Of a stretch of DNA of 64,000 nt, positions 37,826 through 47,759 are shown piece after piece. Position 1 is the stretch's first letter. Each line of letters starts with the position of its first letter. The DNA comes from Ignavibacteriota bacterium. Lineage in GTDB: Bacteria; Bacteroidota; Ignavibacteria; UBA10030; UBA6906. The translations under genes and the position numbers were made by a program. Location: positions 8,732 to 72,731 of the forward strand of contig CAWEHG010000015.1 in NCBI GenBank assembly GCA_963808715.1. The letters run 5' to 3'. Below the pieces are notes generated by a model. That model had not been told where the DNA came from. It was given only the letters and a program-made list of their open reading frames with translations, and did no database searches.

Positions 37826-37965
37826 AGCTCTCCCGGGACCGCCGGTGCGCCATTCACCGGCACTCCTCCGCCGTTCGCCGAAAACCGCCTGAACCGGGTG
37901 CATCCCTTCGTGTATCTTTGCGTTGAATCCTGTATCATTCAACCACAGACGAAGGGACATCCGCC

Positions 37966-38654
37966 ATGGCAACTTCCGGCCGTTCCACGACCCAGCTGGT
38001 GGTCGGCATCATCGTGATCCTCCTCGGGCTGGTTCTCCTGCTCGACAACATGAACATCCTGGATGCGCGGGACTATTTCCGGTTCTGGCCGTTCCTGTTG
38101 ATCGTCCTGGGTGGCCTGAAGATCTTCCAGCCCCAGCAGCCCTCGAGCAGGGTCTGGGGGGTGATCCTGATCCTCGCCGGCGGCCTCTTCCTTCTCAGGA
38201 CGTTCGACGTCTACTACATCCGGTTCCGGGACTTCTGGCCGCTCCTGCTGATCCTCGCGGGCGGAGCAATGCTCTGGGGAAGTGTCCTGCGGCGAAGGGT
38301 CCGATCCGATGGTGCAACGGACGACGTCATCCTGAACGGTTCGGCGATCCTCGGCGGATTCACCAGGTCGGTCACGACGCAGGATTTCCGCGGCGGGGAC
38401 CTGACCGCGATCATGGGCGGGTGTGAGATCGATCTCCGCAAGGCGGCGATCCGCGGCGACGAAGCGGTCCTGAACGTCTTCGCCTTCTGGGGAGGAATGG
38501 AACTCCAGGTCCCCGAGAACTGGACCGTGGTGACAAGGCCATGCCGATCATGGGGGGGGTCTCCGACGAGACGAGGCCCACCACCGGGACGGGGACCAAG
38601 AGGCTGGTCATTACGGGGACGGTGGTGATGGGCGGTGTGGAGATCAAGAACTGA
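37966..38654 (+). CDS. LiaF-like (cell-wall-active antibiotic response, DUF2154-type) membrane protein, one frame break
   Basis: ORF 37966..38628. Four TM (..VVGIIVILLGLVLLLDN.., ..WGVILILAGGLFLL..), ..VLNVFAFWGGMELQVPENWTVV, then in the other frame DKAMPIMGGVSDETRPTTGTGTKRLVITGTVVMGGVEIKN, stop 38652-38654. Confidence 0.6.
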
Positions 38655-38672
38655 GGACGCCCGGTCAGGCGC

Positions 38673-39736
38673 ATGCACCCGCTCTGGAAGGACAAACGAG
38701 GCCTCGTACTGTACCTGCTCTCCTGGGCGGGGCTCGGCGTCCTGTTCTCGGTCTCCGCTGCTTCGGGAGGGGCGCTCGGGTGGGGTGAGGCACATGGGGT
38801 AGTGGTCTTGCCGACGGTGCTTTTCGGCTTCATGTGCCTCTCCACCTGGTATCTCTGCTCGGCATTCCCTGTCGACCGCACGCCGCCTGCGCGCCTCCTG
38901 GCGGCGTTCCTCACCGCCTCGGCCGCCACCAGCATCCTGTGGGTAGGCACGCTCGCCGGCTGGTCCACACTGCTCGAGGCTCTTGGAGCAGGGGAGGACC
39001 TGACAGCGCGCGTCAAGGGGGGAGCGGCCCAGTGGTTCGCGGTGGGGAACGTGTTGTTCCTCCTGGCTGCCGCCGTACACTATCTGCTCATCGCCGTGCA
39101 GAGGGGAGGGGAGACCGAACGAAAAGCTCTCCAGCTGGGGCTGCTTGCGCGCGACGCCGAGCTGAAGGCTCTCAGACTTCAGGTCGACCCTCACTTCCTC
39201 TTCAATAGCCTGAACTCGATCAGTGCCCTGACCACCTCCGATCCCCTCTCCGCCCGCGCGATGGTCCTGCGTCTGGCGGGGTTCCTGCGGGCAGCGCTCG
39301 ACGCCGGCCGGCGGACCAGGTTCACTCTGAAGGAGGAGCTGGACCTGGCGCGAGACTACCTGGAGATCGAACGGATCAGATTCGGCGACCGGCTGGCGGT
39401 GGAGGTGCGGGCCGATCCCGAGACCCTGGGCTGCGCCGTGCCACCTCTTCTTCTGCAGCCGCTGGTGGAGAACGCCGTGAAACACGGTATCGCCCACCTG
39501 CTGGAAGGAGGGACCGTCCGCATCGAGGCCGTCCGGTCCGGAGGGCGCGTGTCCGTGCGGGTGGTCAACCCTGCCGGAACGTGACCGGCCGCGGGGCAAG
39601 GGGCTCGGCCTTGCGAACGTGCGCCAGCGCCTGGAGCTGCTGTACGGCAGGGAAAGCGCAATGACATTGACGCGAACGTGACGGACTGTTCTCGGCGGAG
39701 GTCGTCTTCCCCGCGCAGGAGGTCTCCCGGCCGTGA
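38673..39736 (+). CDS. LytS/YehU-type sensor histidine kinase (two frame breaks)
   Basis: ORF 38673..39584. TM sensor part, LKALRLQVDPHFLFNSLNSISAL, ..LLLQPLVENAVKHGI... Then shifted: RPRGKGLGLANVRQRLELLYGRESAMTLTR; shifted again: DGLFSAEVVFPAQEVSRP, stop 39734-39736 overlapping the next start (GTGA). Confidence 0.8.
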
Positions 39737-40469
39737 TCAGGACCCTCATCGTCGACGACGAGCCGCTGGCCCGGGAAGTTCTCCGGGAATACCTCCGCAC
39801 CCATCCCGACATCGAAGTGATCGGCGAGTGCTGCGAACGGGTTCGAAGCCGTACGGCAGACGGTCGAGGCGAAACCCGACCTGCTCCTGCTCGACATCCA
39901 GATGCCCCGCCTGAACGGCTTTGAGGTGCTGGAGCTGCTCGCGGAACACCCGGCCGTGATCTTCGTGACGGCGTACGACGAGTTCGCCCTGCGCGCGTTC
40001 GAGGTCCATGCAGTGGATTACCTGCTGAAGCCGTTCGACCGGCAACGCCTGGCTGCCGCGCTCGGCCGCGCTACGCGAACAGCTGCAACGCCGCAGGCTT
40101 CCCTCGCTGGCGCCGGTGATCGCCGGGGCCCGGCCCCCGGAAGTGCCGCTCCGGCGGCTGCTCATCCGCGACCGGGCGGAGGTACGGGTCGTTCCTGCGG
40201 AGGAGATCGACTACCTGGAAGCGCAGGACGACTACGTGGCGGTCAGGACCGCCGGCCGCACCTTCCTGAAACAGGCCCGCCTTTCGGACCTTGAGAAGCA
40301 GCTCGACCCGTCGAAGTTCGTCCGCGTCCACCGGTCGTTCATCGTGAACGTCGAGCGTTTGATGAGGATCGAGTTGTACGCGAAGGACAGCCGCGTGCTC
40401 TTCCTCAGGGACGGGACGAAGATCCCGGTCAGCAGATCTGGCTACGCGCGGTTGAAGGACCTGCTCTGA
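39733..40469 (+). CDS. LytTR-family response regulator (two frame breaks)
   Basis: ORFs 39733..39924 (VIRTLIVDDEPLAREVLREYL), 39902..40294 frame (NGFEAVRQTVEAKPDLLLLDIQMPRLNGFEVLE..IFVTAYDEFALRAFEVHAVDYLLKPF) and 40116..40469 (..EIDYLEAQDDYVAVRTAGRTFL..FVRVHRSFIVN). Confidence 0.8.
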
Positions 40470-40490
40470 ACCACAACAAGGAGAACGCTG

Positions 40491-41462
40491 ATGCAGTATC
40501 GGACACTTGGCAAAACGGGGATCCGTGTTTCGGAGATCGGCTACGGTGCGTGGGGGATCGGCGGCGAATTATGGCAGGGGGCGGACGATGCAGAATCGAT
40601 GCGGGCCCTTCACGCCGCGGCCGACGCAGGGCTGAACTTCATCGATACGGCACTGGCGTACGGCAACGGCCACAGCGAACGGCTGGTGGGGACGTTCCTG
40701 CGTGAACGGAAGGAACGGATCGCGGTGGCGACCAAGATCCCCCCGAAGAACCGCCGCTGGCCGGCCCGCCCGGGATCGAAGCTCGCGGACGTGTTTCCGC
40801 CGGACTACATCGTGGAGCGTACTGAAGAGAGCCTGAAGAACCTCCGGGTCGAGGCCATCGATCTGCAGCAATTCCATGTGTGGAACGACGATTGGGCCGG
40901 GCAGGAGGAGTGGCGGAGGGCGATCGAACGGCTGAAAGCCGACGGCAAGATCCGTCATGCCGGTATCTCCATCAACGACCATCAACCGTCGAACGGCCTC
41001 GCGGCGGCCGAGACCGGGGCGATCGACGCCTTCCAGGTCATCTACAACATCTTCGACCAGCTCCCGGAGCGGGAGCTCTTCCCGTACTGTGCCCGCCACA
41101 ACATCGGCGTCATCGTGCGCGTGCCGTTTGACGAGGGAGCGTTGACCGGGAACGTCACGCCGGAGACCACCTTTCCGCCGAAGGACTTCCGGAGAAACTA
41201 TTTCCGGGGGGATCGGAAACTCGAGGTGCAGCGCCGTGTCGACGCCCTCAGGCCGCTCCTGGGAGAGGAGGCCGCCACGCTCCCCGAGCTCGCCCTCAGG
41301 TTCTGCCTGCATCCCGGGGCCGTGTCGACCGTGATCCCGGGGATGCGGAGCGTGAAGAACGTCGTGGCGAATTGTGCGGTCTCGGACGGGAGGGCAGTTT
41401 CGCCCTTCCTGCTCGCCGAACTGCGGAAGCACGTCTGGGAGAAGAACTACTACGGCGACTGA
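40491..41462 (+). CDS. aldo/keto reductase
   Basis: ORF 40491..41462. [43 protein letters not shown]..; intact. Confidence 0.9.
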   Translation: MQYRTLGKTGIRVSEIGYGAWGIGGELWQGADDAESMRALHAAADAGLNFIDTALAYGNGHSERLVGTFLRERKERIAVATKIPPKNRRWPARPGSKLADVFPPDYIVERTEESLKNLRVEAIDLQQFHVWNDDWAGQEEWRRAIERLKADGKIRHAGISINDHQPSNGLAAAETGAIDAFQVIYNIFDQLPERELFPYCARHNIGVIVRVPFDEGALTGNVTPETTFPPKDFRRNYFRGDRKLEVQRRVDALRPLLGEEAATLPELALRFCLHPGAVSTVIPGMRSVKNVVANCAVSDGRAVSPFLLAELRKHVWEKNYYGD

Positions 41463-41567
41463 TCCGCGCCCGCTCCGGGCCGGGCGTATGGACATTGTCC
41501 GAAGAATTGGCGAAGTTGTGTCCGTGCCGCACGCGCTGCCCATCATGCTTCATCACAGGAGGCTGCC

Positions 41568-42233
41568 ATGAAATCGCGTGTCGTTGCCCTGGTCCTGTGT
41601 GTCTCGGTCCTCGCCCTCTCTGCCGCTGCTCAGACGGCCCGGCCGAAGCAGGAGAAGTTGTTGTTCGAGAACGAGTACGTCAAGGTGTACGAGGTCACCC
41701 TGGCCAAAGGGGACAAGCTGCCGCCGCACGAGAGCGGCAACCGCCTGATCTATTCATTGACGAACTACTCGCTGAAGTACCTCTGGAGCGACCGCTCCAG
41801 CGTCGAGAAGCGGACGGCGGGGGACATCCATTTCCATCCCTCGGGCGTGCACGCCGAAGAGAACGCCGGCCCCGGGAAGGTGTCGTTCCTGATGATCGAA
41901 CGGACCGGGACCGCCCTGCCGGTCGTTTCGGTGGCGGGGGAGGACATGGCGAAGATGTCTCCCAGCAATACCCGAGTGATCTTCGACCGGGACATGGCCA
42001 AGGTGTTCGAAGTGACCCTGCCTCCCAGGGACGCCGTCGGGATGCACCTGGGGCTGCACCGGGTGATCTACGGGGTGACCGGGTATGACCTGAAGGTCAA
42101 GACCTCGGACGGCAAGGAAGCCCGTGCCACCGGCAAGAAGGGGAGCGTCCGCTGGGAGACCCCTTCCCTGCACATGGTGGAGAATCCCACGGATGCCGTA
42201 GCGAAGATCCTGGTGTTCGCGTTCAAACGGTGA
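41568..42233 (+). CDS. secreted two-cupin-like protein
   Basis: ORF 41568..42233. Signal MKSRVVALVLCVSVLALSAAAQ; two halves each with ..V.EVTL..GD/RD....H.. patterns suggestive of cupin barrels. Weak. Confidence 0.5.
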   Translation: MKSRVVALVLCVSVLALSAAAQTARPKQEKLLFENEYVKVYEVTLAKGDKLPPHESGNRLIYSLTNYSLKYLWSDRSSVEKRTAGDIHFHPSGVHAEENAGPGKVSFLMIERTGTALPVVSVAGEDMAKMSPSNTRVIFDRDMAKVFEVTLPPRDAVGMHLGLHRVIYGVTGYDLKVKTSDGKEARATGKKGSVRWETPSLHMVENPTDAVAKILVFAFKR

Positions 42234-43527
42234 AGCAGTCCGCAGAGGTCCGGTGGTCTTGCGTGTCGTGTGTGGCCGACGCTAAGAGTCGTATCTCCCG
42301 CGCGTTCCTGTGGATCGCCCTGCTCATCTCCGTGGCGGCGATCCCCGCGGTACGCCATGGTGGATACGGTGTATGTCCCCGGCCGGGCGTACTTCGGGCG
42401 GAACCAGTACATCGAGTATGACGCCGGTGAGCTTCCGATCGTCCTGACCTCTCCGCACGGCGGCCACGAGTTGCCGGAGGAGATACCGGACAGGACCTGG
42501 GGGACTACCTCCTACGACACCAACACGCAGGAGCTTCTCCGGGAGCTTGCCGCGGCCCTCTTCCGTCGGACAGGGAAATACCCGCATGTGATCTTCAACC
42601 GGCTTCACCGCGAAGAAGCTCGACGCGAACCGGGAGGTGGTGGAGGCCGCGCAGGGAAACCCCTATGCCATTCAGGCATGGGGCGAATACCATGCTTTTA
42701 TCGGAGCCGCCAGACAGGCGGTCCTCCGATCCGCCGGCAAGGGGTTGTACGTGGATATTCACGGCCACGGACACGCCGTCCAGAGGGCGGAGCTGGGATA
42801 CCTTCTGACCTCCGGTGAGCTCGCGCTTTCCGACGATTCGTTGGACCTTCCCCGGAATCGCAGCGAGTTCGAGCATCCGCACACTGGCCGGGTTGCGGCC
42901 TGGCGGGCTCGCCGGACTGTTGCACGGGCCCCATGCCCTCGGGACGTTCCTTGAGGACAGGGGGTACCCGGCGGTTCCCTCGGCCAGCAGCATTCACCGG
43001 GAAGCCGACCCGTACTTCACCGGGGGATACAACACGGAACGGTACGGGTCGCTCAACGGTGGGACCATCGATGGGGTCCAGATCGAGCTGAACTCCACGG
43101 GGGTCAGGGACACCGAGGTCAACTACAAACGCTTTGCGGAGGTTCTGTGCGGGCGTCCTCGACGATTACGTGCAGGTCCAGTACTTCGGCCGGCCGACCT
43201 CGGCACGGGAGGAGCCTCCGGTGGTCGACGGGCGCATGGACGCTGGAGCAGAACTATCCCAATCCCTTCAATCCCAGCACCAAGATCGGATTCTGTGTGC
43301 CCGCCGGGCAGGCGGGCGGATGGGTGGGGACCGCGGATGGCAGGTGGGTGCGGCTGCAGGTCTTCGACCTGCTGGGAAGGGAAGTGGCGACGCTGGTGAA
43401 CGAACGGAAGGATCCGGGCCCGTATGTGGTGACGTTCGACGCATCCGGCCTGCCGGGGGGCGTCTATCTGTACCGGTTCTCTGCCGGCGCGACAACGATC
43501 TCTCGAACGATGGTACTTCTCCGATGA
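42230..43527 (+). pseudogene. N-formylglutamate-amidohydrolase-like (FGase-fold) protein with T9SS C-terminal domain, five frame changes as sequenced
   Basis: Pieces: ORF 42230..42421 (signal-like ..RAFLWIALLISVAAIPA), 42270..42818 (YVPGRAYFG..ELPIVLTSPHGGHELPEEIPDR..VIFNRLHR), 42637..42954 (KKLDANREVVEAAQGNPYA..LYVDIHGHGH), 42815..43399 (..GTFLEDRGYPAVPS..YFTGGYNTERYGS..IQIELNS), 43134.. (GVLDDYVQVQYFGRP) and 43147..43527 (WTLEQNYPNPFNPSTKIGF..GVYLYRF..MVLLR). Confidence 0.6.
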
Positions 43528-44534
43528 TCGACAAACGGTGGATCATGGCATTGATCGCAGGTGCGGGTATGGCTGCGGCGCCGGCCGGGGGCTCCGCGCA
43601 GACTGAAGTTTCGGGAACGATCGCAGAGATCGCCCGGAAGGACGCGATCACCGTACTCGTGACGGACTCCGGACTCGGGGGGCTCTCGGTCGCCGCCGAC
43701 ATCGAGCGTCGGGCCCGGACGAGCGGCGCCTACCGTTCGATCCACATCATCTTCGCCAATGCGCTGCCCGAGGCGAGCCGGGGATACAACAAGATGCCGA
43801 CGGTCGAGCGCAAAGTCCAGGTCTTCGACGACGCTCTCGCGGGGATGGTGCGGTGGTACAAGCCTGATGTGATCCTGGTAGCCTGCAACACGTTGTCCGT
43901 GCTCATCCCCCGTACGCGGGGGGCGCAGGGGACCCCGCTTCTGGGGATCGTGGCGATGGGTGTGGACATGCTGGAGGAGAAACTGAAGGCCGACCCGGCC
44001 AGCCCGGCGATCATCTTCGGGACGGAAACGACCGTGGCGGCCGGGACGCACCGCTCCATGCTCATTGACCGGGGGATCGCCCCCGAGCGGATCGTACTGC
44101 AGGCCTGCCCGAATCTCGCCGGGGAGATCGAAGCGGATGCGAAGAGCGATGTCGTGCAGACGATGATCGACCTGTACGCTTCCGAGGCGATGGGGAACTT
44201 CTCCCGGAAGGACGCTGCGGTGGTGGCCGGACTCTGCTGTACTCACTACGGCTATTGCGGCAAGGAGTTCGCCGAAGCGCTGCGCCCGCTTGCGACCGGG
44301 GGGGTGCAGGTGGTGAACCCGAACGAACGGATGAGCGATGTGTTGTTCCCGGCCGGCAAGAAGCCCTTCGCCGGAACTCCGGAGGTGACGGTCCGGGTGG
44401 TCTCCCGGGCGTTCATCAGCGAGGCCGAGATCCGTTCGATCGGATCGCTCCTCGAGCCGGTTTCCGGCGCGACCGCGGCCGCCCTCAAGGTGTACGAGCG
44501 CAAGGCGGACCTCTTCCCGTTCGACGAACACTAG
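43524..44534 (+). CDS. Asp/Glu racemase (MurI-like glutamate racemase) with about 40-aa signal-peptide-like N-terminal extension
   Basis: ATG 43524 (ATGA overlap with previous stop) inside ORF 43134..44534: MIDKRWIMALIAGAGMAAAPAGGSAQ.. Then ITVLVTDSGLGGLSV, VILVACNTLS and VAGLCCTHYGY, which are the DSGxGG, ACNT and GCTHY racemase motifs. Intact. Confidence 0.75.
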   Translation: MIDKRWIMALIAGAGMAAAPAGGSAQTEVSGTIAEIARKDAITVLVTDSGLGGLSVAADIERRARTSGAYRSIHIIFANALPEASRGYNKMPTVERKVQVFDDALAGMVRWYKPDVILVACNTLSVLIPRTRGAQGTPLLGIVAMGVDMLEEKLKADPASPAIIFGTETTVAAGTHRSMLIDRGIAPERIVLQACPNLAGEIEADAKSDVVQTMIDLYASEAMGNFSRKDAAVVAGLCCTHYGYCGKEFAEALRPLATGGVQVVNPNERMSDVLFPAGKKPFAGTPEVTVRVVSRAFISEAEIRSIGSLLEPVSGATAAALKVYERKADLFPFDEH

Positions 44535-44556
44535 CCCCTCCGGATCCCTTCCCCGC

Positions 44557-45828
44557 ATGCCCGCTGAACTGCTCATCCTCCTATTGATGCTGGCGGTCTT
44601 CGCCCTCGCCGTGTTCTGGTGGAAACTGCCCGCCGGTCTTGCCCTGGCCCTCTCGTCTGTCGCCGGGGCCCTTGCGGCAGGGGAAGGTCTTCCCCCTTCG
44701 GCACCTCGTGGAAGGGATGTTCGGATACCTGGACGCGGTGCTGATCATCGTGACGGCGATGCTCTTCATGAAGACCATCGAGGCCAGCGGAGCTCTCGGC
44801 ACGATCGGCACCATGATGGTGCGGGCGCTGCACCGGTGGCCGACGGTCCTGATGATCGTGATCGTCCTGTTCGTGATGTTCCCCGGCATGCTGACGGGGC
44901 TCTCCTCGGCCTGCATCCTGACCACCGGTGCGCTGGTCACTCCGGCCCTGCTCGCGATGGGACTCCCGCCCGTGGCCGCAGGCTCCCTGGTGGCCCTGGC
45001 CGCCGTCTTCGGCATGATCGCGCCCCCCATCAATATCCCGGTCATGATCATCGGCGGGGGAGTGGATATGCCGTATGTCGGGTTCGAACTTCCGCTGCTC
45101 CTGACGGTCGGCCCGCCGGCGCTGTGTACGGCCCTCTACTTCCGGTTCCGCTACGTGAGAAAGATCGACGTGGAACAGGTGCTCGGCCGGCTCCCGCGGC
45201 CCGTCTATGATCAGCATGGGCCCAAGCTGTTCCTGCCGCTCGCGGTGGTGGTGGGTCTGATGCTGGCCGTGCGACTGGTGCCGCAGTGGGTCCCGGACCC
45301 CGGCGTGCCGCTGATCTTTGTCCTTGGCGCGGCGACGGCGATCGGGACCGGCGAACCGGTCCGGCCCCTCCATCTCGCGCGTCTCGCTGTGCGCGAAGCC
45401 CTCCCGGTCATGGCGATCCTGGTGGGGGTCGGGATGTTCGTCCAGGTCATGACGCTCACCGGCGTGCGGGGGTTCATTGCGGTCAGCGCACTGAAGCTCC
45501 CCCGGCGCTGCTGTACGCGGGGATCGCGGTGGCCATGCCCGCCTTCGGCTCCGCCTACGCTGCTTCGTCGGTCCTGGGAGTGCCGCTGGTCTACGTGTTC
45601 CTCGGCCGGAACGAGCTTGTGGTGACCTCGGCCCTCTCGTTGATCGCCGGGATCGGGGACATGATGCCGCCCCCTTCGCTGCTCTGCGTCTTCGCGGCGC
45701 AGCTGGTGGGCGAAAAGAATCACTACCGGATCCTCCGCGAGAGCCTTCCGATGATCATCCTGTCGGTGCTGACGGGGATCGCACTCATTGCGTTCGCGGG
45801 ACAGGTGGGTTCATTCCTGCGTTACTGA
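44557..45828 (+). CDS. DctM-like (TRAP large-subunit-type) polytopic permease, two frame breaks
   Basis: ORFs 44557..45210 (MPAELLILLLMLAVFALAVFWWKLPAGLALALSSVAGALAAGEG), 44639..45625 (RHLVEGMFGYLDAVLIIVTAMLFMKTIEASGALG..) and 45286..45828 (PPALLYAGIAVAMPAFGSAYAASSVLGVPLVYVF..). Breaks in C-runs 44692-44696 and 45499-45503. No DctP/DctQ seen. Confidence 0.5.
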
Positions 45829-45844
45829 CTGCCTGGAGGAAGAC

Positions 45845-45991
45845 GTGCTGCACTGGACATACATCCTGATCTCCGCGTGCTTTGCGGCCGTCGTGATCCG
45901 GGAACTGTTCGACGAACAACGCTGGAGGGAACAGCTGGCCCTCGGGTTGGTGCTGATCCCCCTTCTCCTGCGGATCCTGCATGTCAAGTGA
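45845..45991 (+). CDS. small membrane protein (48 aa)
   Basis: GTG 45845 preceded by GGAGGA at -11..-6: VLHWTYILISACFAAVVIRELFDEQRWREQLALGLVLIPLLLRILHVK. Inside ORF 45788..45991. Confidence 0.45.
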   Translation: MLHWTYILISACFAAVVIRELFDEQRWREQLALGLVLIPLLLRILHVK

Positions 45992-47120
45992 CCGTTCCGG
46001 CACAAGGGCGATCCGCCTTCGGGCATCGGGCGTTCTCCTGGTGGTCCTCGTGGCCTGCCTGCTTGCGGGGAAGGAGTTCGCCGCGATGTGGACCCCCGAC
46101 GAATTCCATCCCTCGAAGGGGTTGGTCCGGCGGGGGAGCCTTTCGGACTATTTCCCTCCGCTCCGGAACACGCGGGCCGACGCCTCCCTGTTCCTGTACG
46201 CAGGCGAACGCCCCGGTCCAACCGTGCTGGTGCTGGGGGGGACGCATCCCAACGAGCCTGCCGGGTTCATGGCGGCTACGGTGATGCTGGAGAACGCCCT
46301 GGTGCGCGCGGGCCGGCTGATCGTCGTCCCGCAGGCGTGCCTGAGCGGATTCACCTGCACGGATCCGCTGGAGGGAACGCCATCCAGGTTCACCCTTGCC
46401 ACGCCATCCGGCGAACGGTCGTTCCGGTTCGGCTCCCGGGGGGGCAACGTGGTGGATCAGTGGCCCGATCCGCTCGTCTATCTTCACCACCCGTCCGGCC
46501 AGAAACTCTCGGGGAACGAAACGCGCAACCTGAACCGCGCGTACCCTGGGCGTGCGGACGGCTCGCTCACGGAACAGGCCGCGTTCGCCATCATGGCGGT
46601 GATCGAACGGGAGAGCGTCCGGGTGGGGATCGACCTGCATGAAGCCGCGCCCGAGATCCCGATCATCAATGCGATCGTCACGCACGAAAAGGGACGGGAG
46701 ATCGCCGCCGAGGCGGTACTGGACCTTGAACTCCGGGACCTGCAGTATGCCCTGGAGTTGTCACCGCCGAATTTCCACGGTCTGAGTCACCGGGAATGGG
46801 GAGACCGGACCGAAGCGATCCCCTTCCTCATGGAAACGAGCAATCCGATCCAGGGGCGCCTTCGGGGAAGGACCACGGTCGACCTGCTGATCAGCGGCCG
46901 GGATGGCTGGTATGCGCAGGCCGCAGCTGCTCGGCACGATGCGGATCGCCTATGCACAGGAAGGGGAATCGCTCAGCAAGAGGGTGGGGCGGCATCTCGA
47001 AGGGTTCAGGGCGCTGGTGGAAGCGTACAACGCACAACATCCGGCAGAACCCTTCGCCATCGAAGGGGTGCCGGGGTATCACGAGATGATGCAGCGGGGA
47101 TCGGAGCCTGGCTCCGCTGA
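45981..47120 (+). CDS. succinylglutamate-desuccinylase/aspartoacylase-type (M14-like) zinc hydrolase, at least one frame break
   Basis: ORF 45981..47120. Anchor ..GVLLVVLVACLLAG; PTVLVLGGTHPNEPAGFMAA (HxxE), ..VGIDLHEAAPE... After about 46900 the sensible sequence (LGTMRIAYAQEGESLSKRVGRHLEGFRALVEAYNAQHP..GVPGYHEMMQRG) is in the frame of ORF 46903..47580. That frame has no stop before the next gene, so the 3' end (47120) is uncertain. Confidence 0.6.
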   Translation: MSSDRSGTRAIRLRASGVLLVVLVACLLAGKEFAAMWTPDEFHPSKGLVRRGSLSDYFPPLRNTRADASLFLYAGERPGPTVLVLGGTHPNEPAGFMAATVMLENALVRAGRLIVVPQACLSGFTCTDPLEGTPSRFTLATPSGERSFRFGSRGGNVVDQWPDPLVYLHHPSGQKLSGNETRNLNRAYPGRADGSLTEQAAFAIMAVIERESVRVGIDLHEAAPEIPIINAIVTHEKGREIAAEAVLDLELRDLQYALELSPPNFHGLSHREWGDRTEAIPFLMETSNPIQGRLRGRTTVDLLISGRDGWYAQAAAARHDADRLCTGRGIAQQEGGAASRRVQGAGGSVQRTTSGRTLRHRRGAGVSRDDAAGIGAWLR

Positions 47121-47178
47121 CGGTTCCGGAGCGCGGCTCAGAGTCCATCACCACACATCGTACCAACCGGAGAGATCC

Positions 47179-47734
47179 ATGATCAGACAATCCCTCGTCA
47201 TTGCGATGCTGGTGGTGATCGCCGCGGCTCTCATGACTGCCGTTGCGCAGGACAAGCCGTCGTTCAAGGTCCCCATCCTCATCACCTCCGCAGGCCAGAG
47301 CGCTGACGTTACACTTGCGGGGAGCCTCTGCAAGAAGGCGAATCTGGAAGCGAAGGCGCTGCCGTCGGCGGTGCCGGCGGACCTCAAGGGGGTCAACACG
47401 CTCCTCATCGTTCCCGGGTTCAGCTCCAAGGGTCTGGGTGCAGCGGGGACGAGCAAGGAGGACGAGATGGAGCGGGTCAAGAAGCTGATCGCGGCCGCCC
47501 GGTCGGCGAAGATCCCGATCCTGGTGATGCACATCGGCGGGCGTGGCCCGGCGCGGGACCCAGTCCGACGACTTCAATAGAACGGCGGTGGAGGCGGCGC
47601 GCCACCTGATCGTCGTGAAGCAGGGGAACGAAGACGGTTTCTTCACCGCTCTTGCGGCCGAACATCACATCCGCATCGAGGTGGTCGACAAGATCGCCGC
47701 GGTCCTGCCTCCTCTGACCGCCGCATTCAAATGA
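47179..47734 (+). CDS. secreted hypothetical protein (one frame break)
   Basis: ATG 47179 with GGAGAG upstream: MIRQSLVIAMLVVIAAALMTAVAQDKPSFKVPILITSAGQSADV..IPILVMHIGG, then the ORF 47543..47734 frame: ARRGTQSDDFNRTAVEAARHLIVVKQGNEDGFF... Break near 47535-47545. Confidence 0.5.
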
Positions 47735-47759
47735 CCTGCGCCCGGGGCGAGAGGATCCC

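Noticed and set aside
39582-39584. Other ORF-terminating TGAs at gene breaks (39582, 39679, 47922, 20594, 27394) considered as further Sec or read-through codons
   Set aside because: In each case the homologous protein sequence continues in a different frame, not the same one. No Cys-motif context or downstream hairpin is present. These are frame breaks, unlike the TGAs at 4573 and 7485.
38214-39812. 532-aa minus-strand ORF. Similar long shadow ORFs lie at 21887..23311(+), 35641..36909(-), 52659..54248(-), 43464..44576(-), 13775..15370(-) and 17283..18443(-)
   Set aside because: All lie opposite to, or out of frame with, genes that carry strong family motifs (histidine kinase, GT-C/PAS, Ntn hydrolase, GH127, racemase, acyl-CoA synthetase, oxidoreductase). 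Their own sequences are compositionally biased and motif-free.
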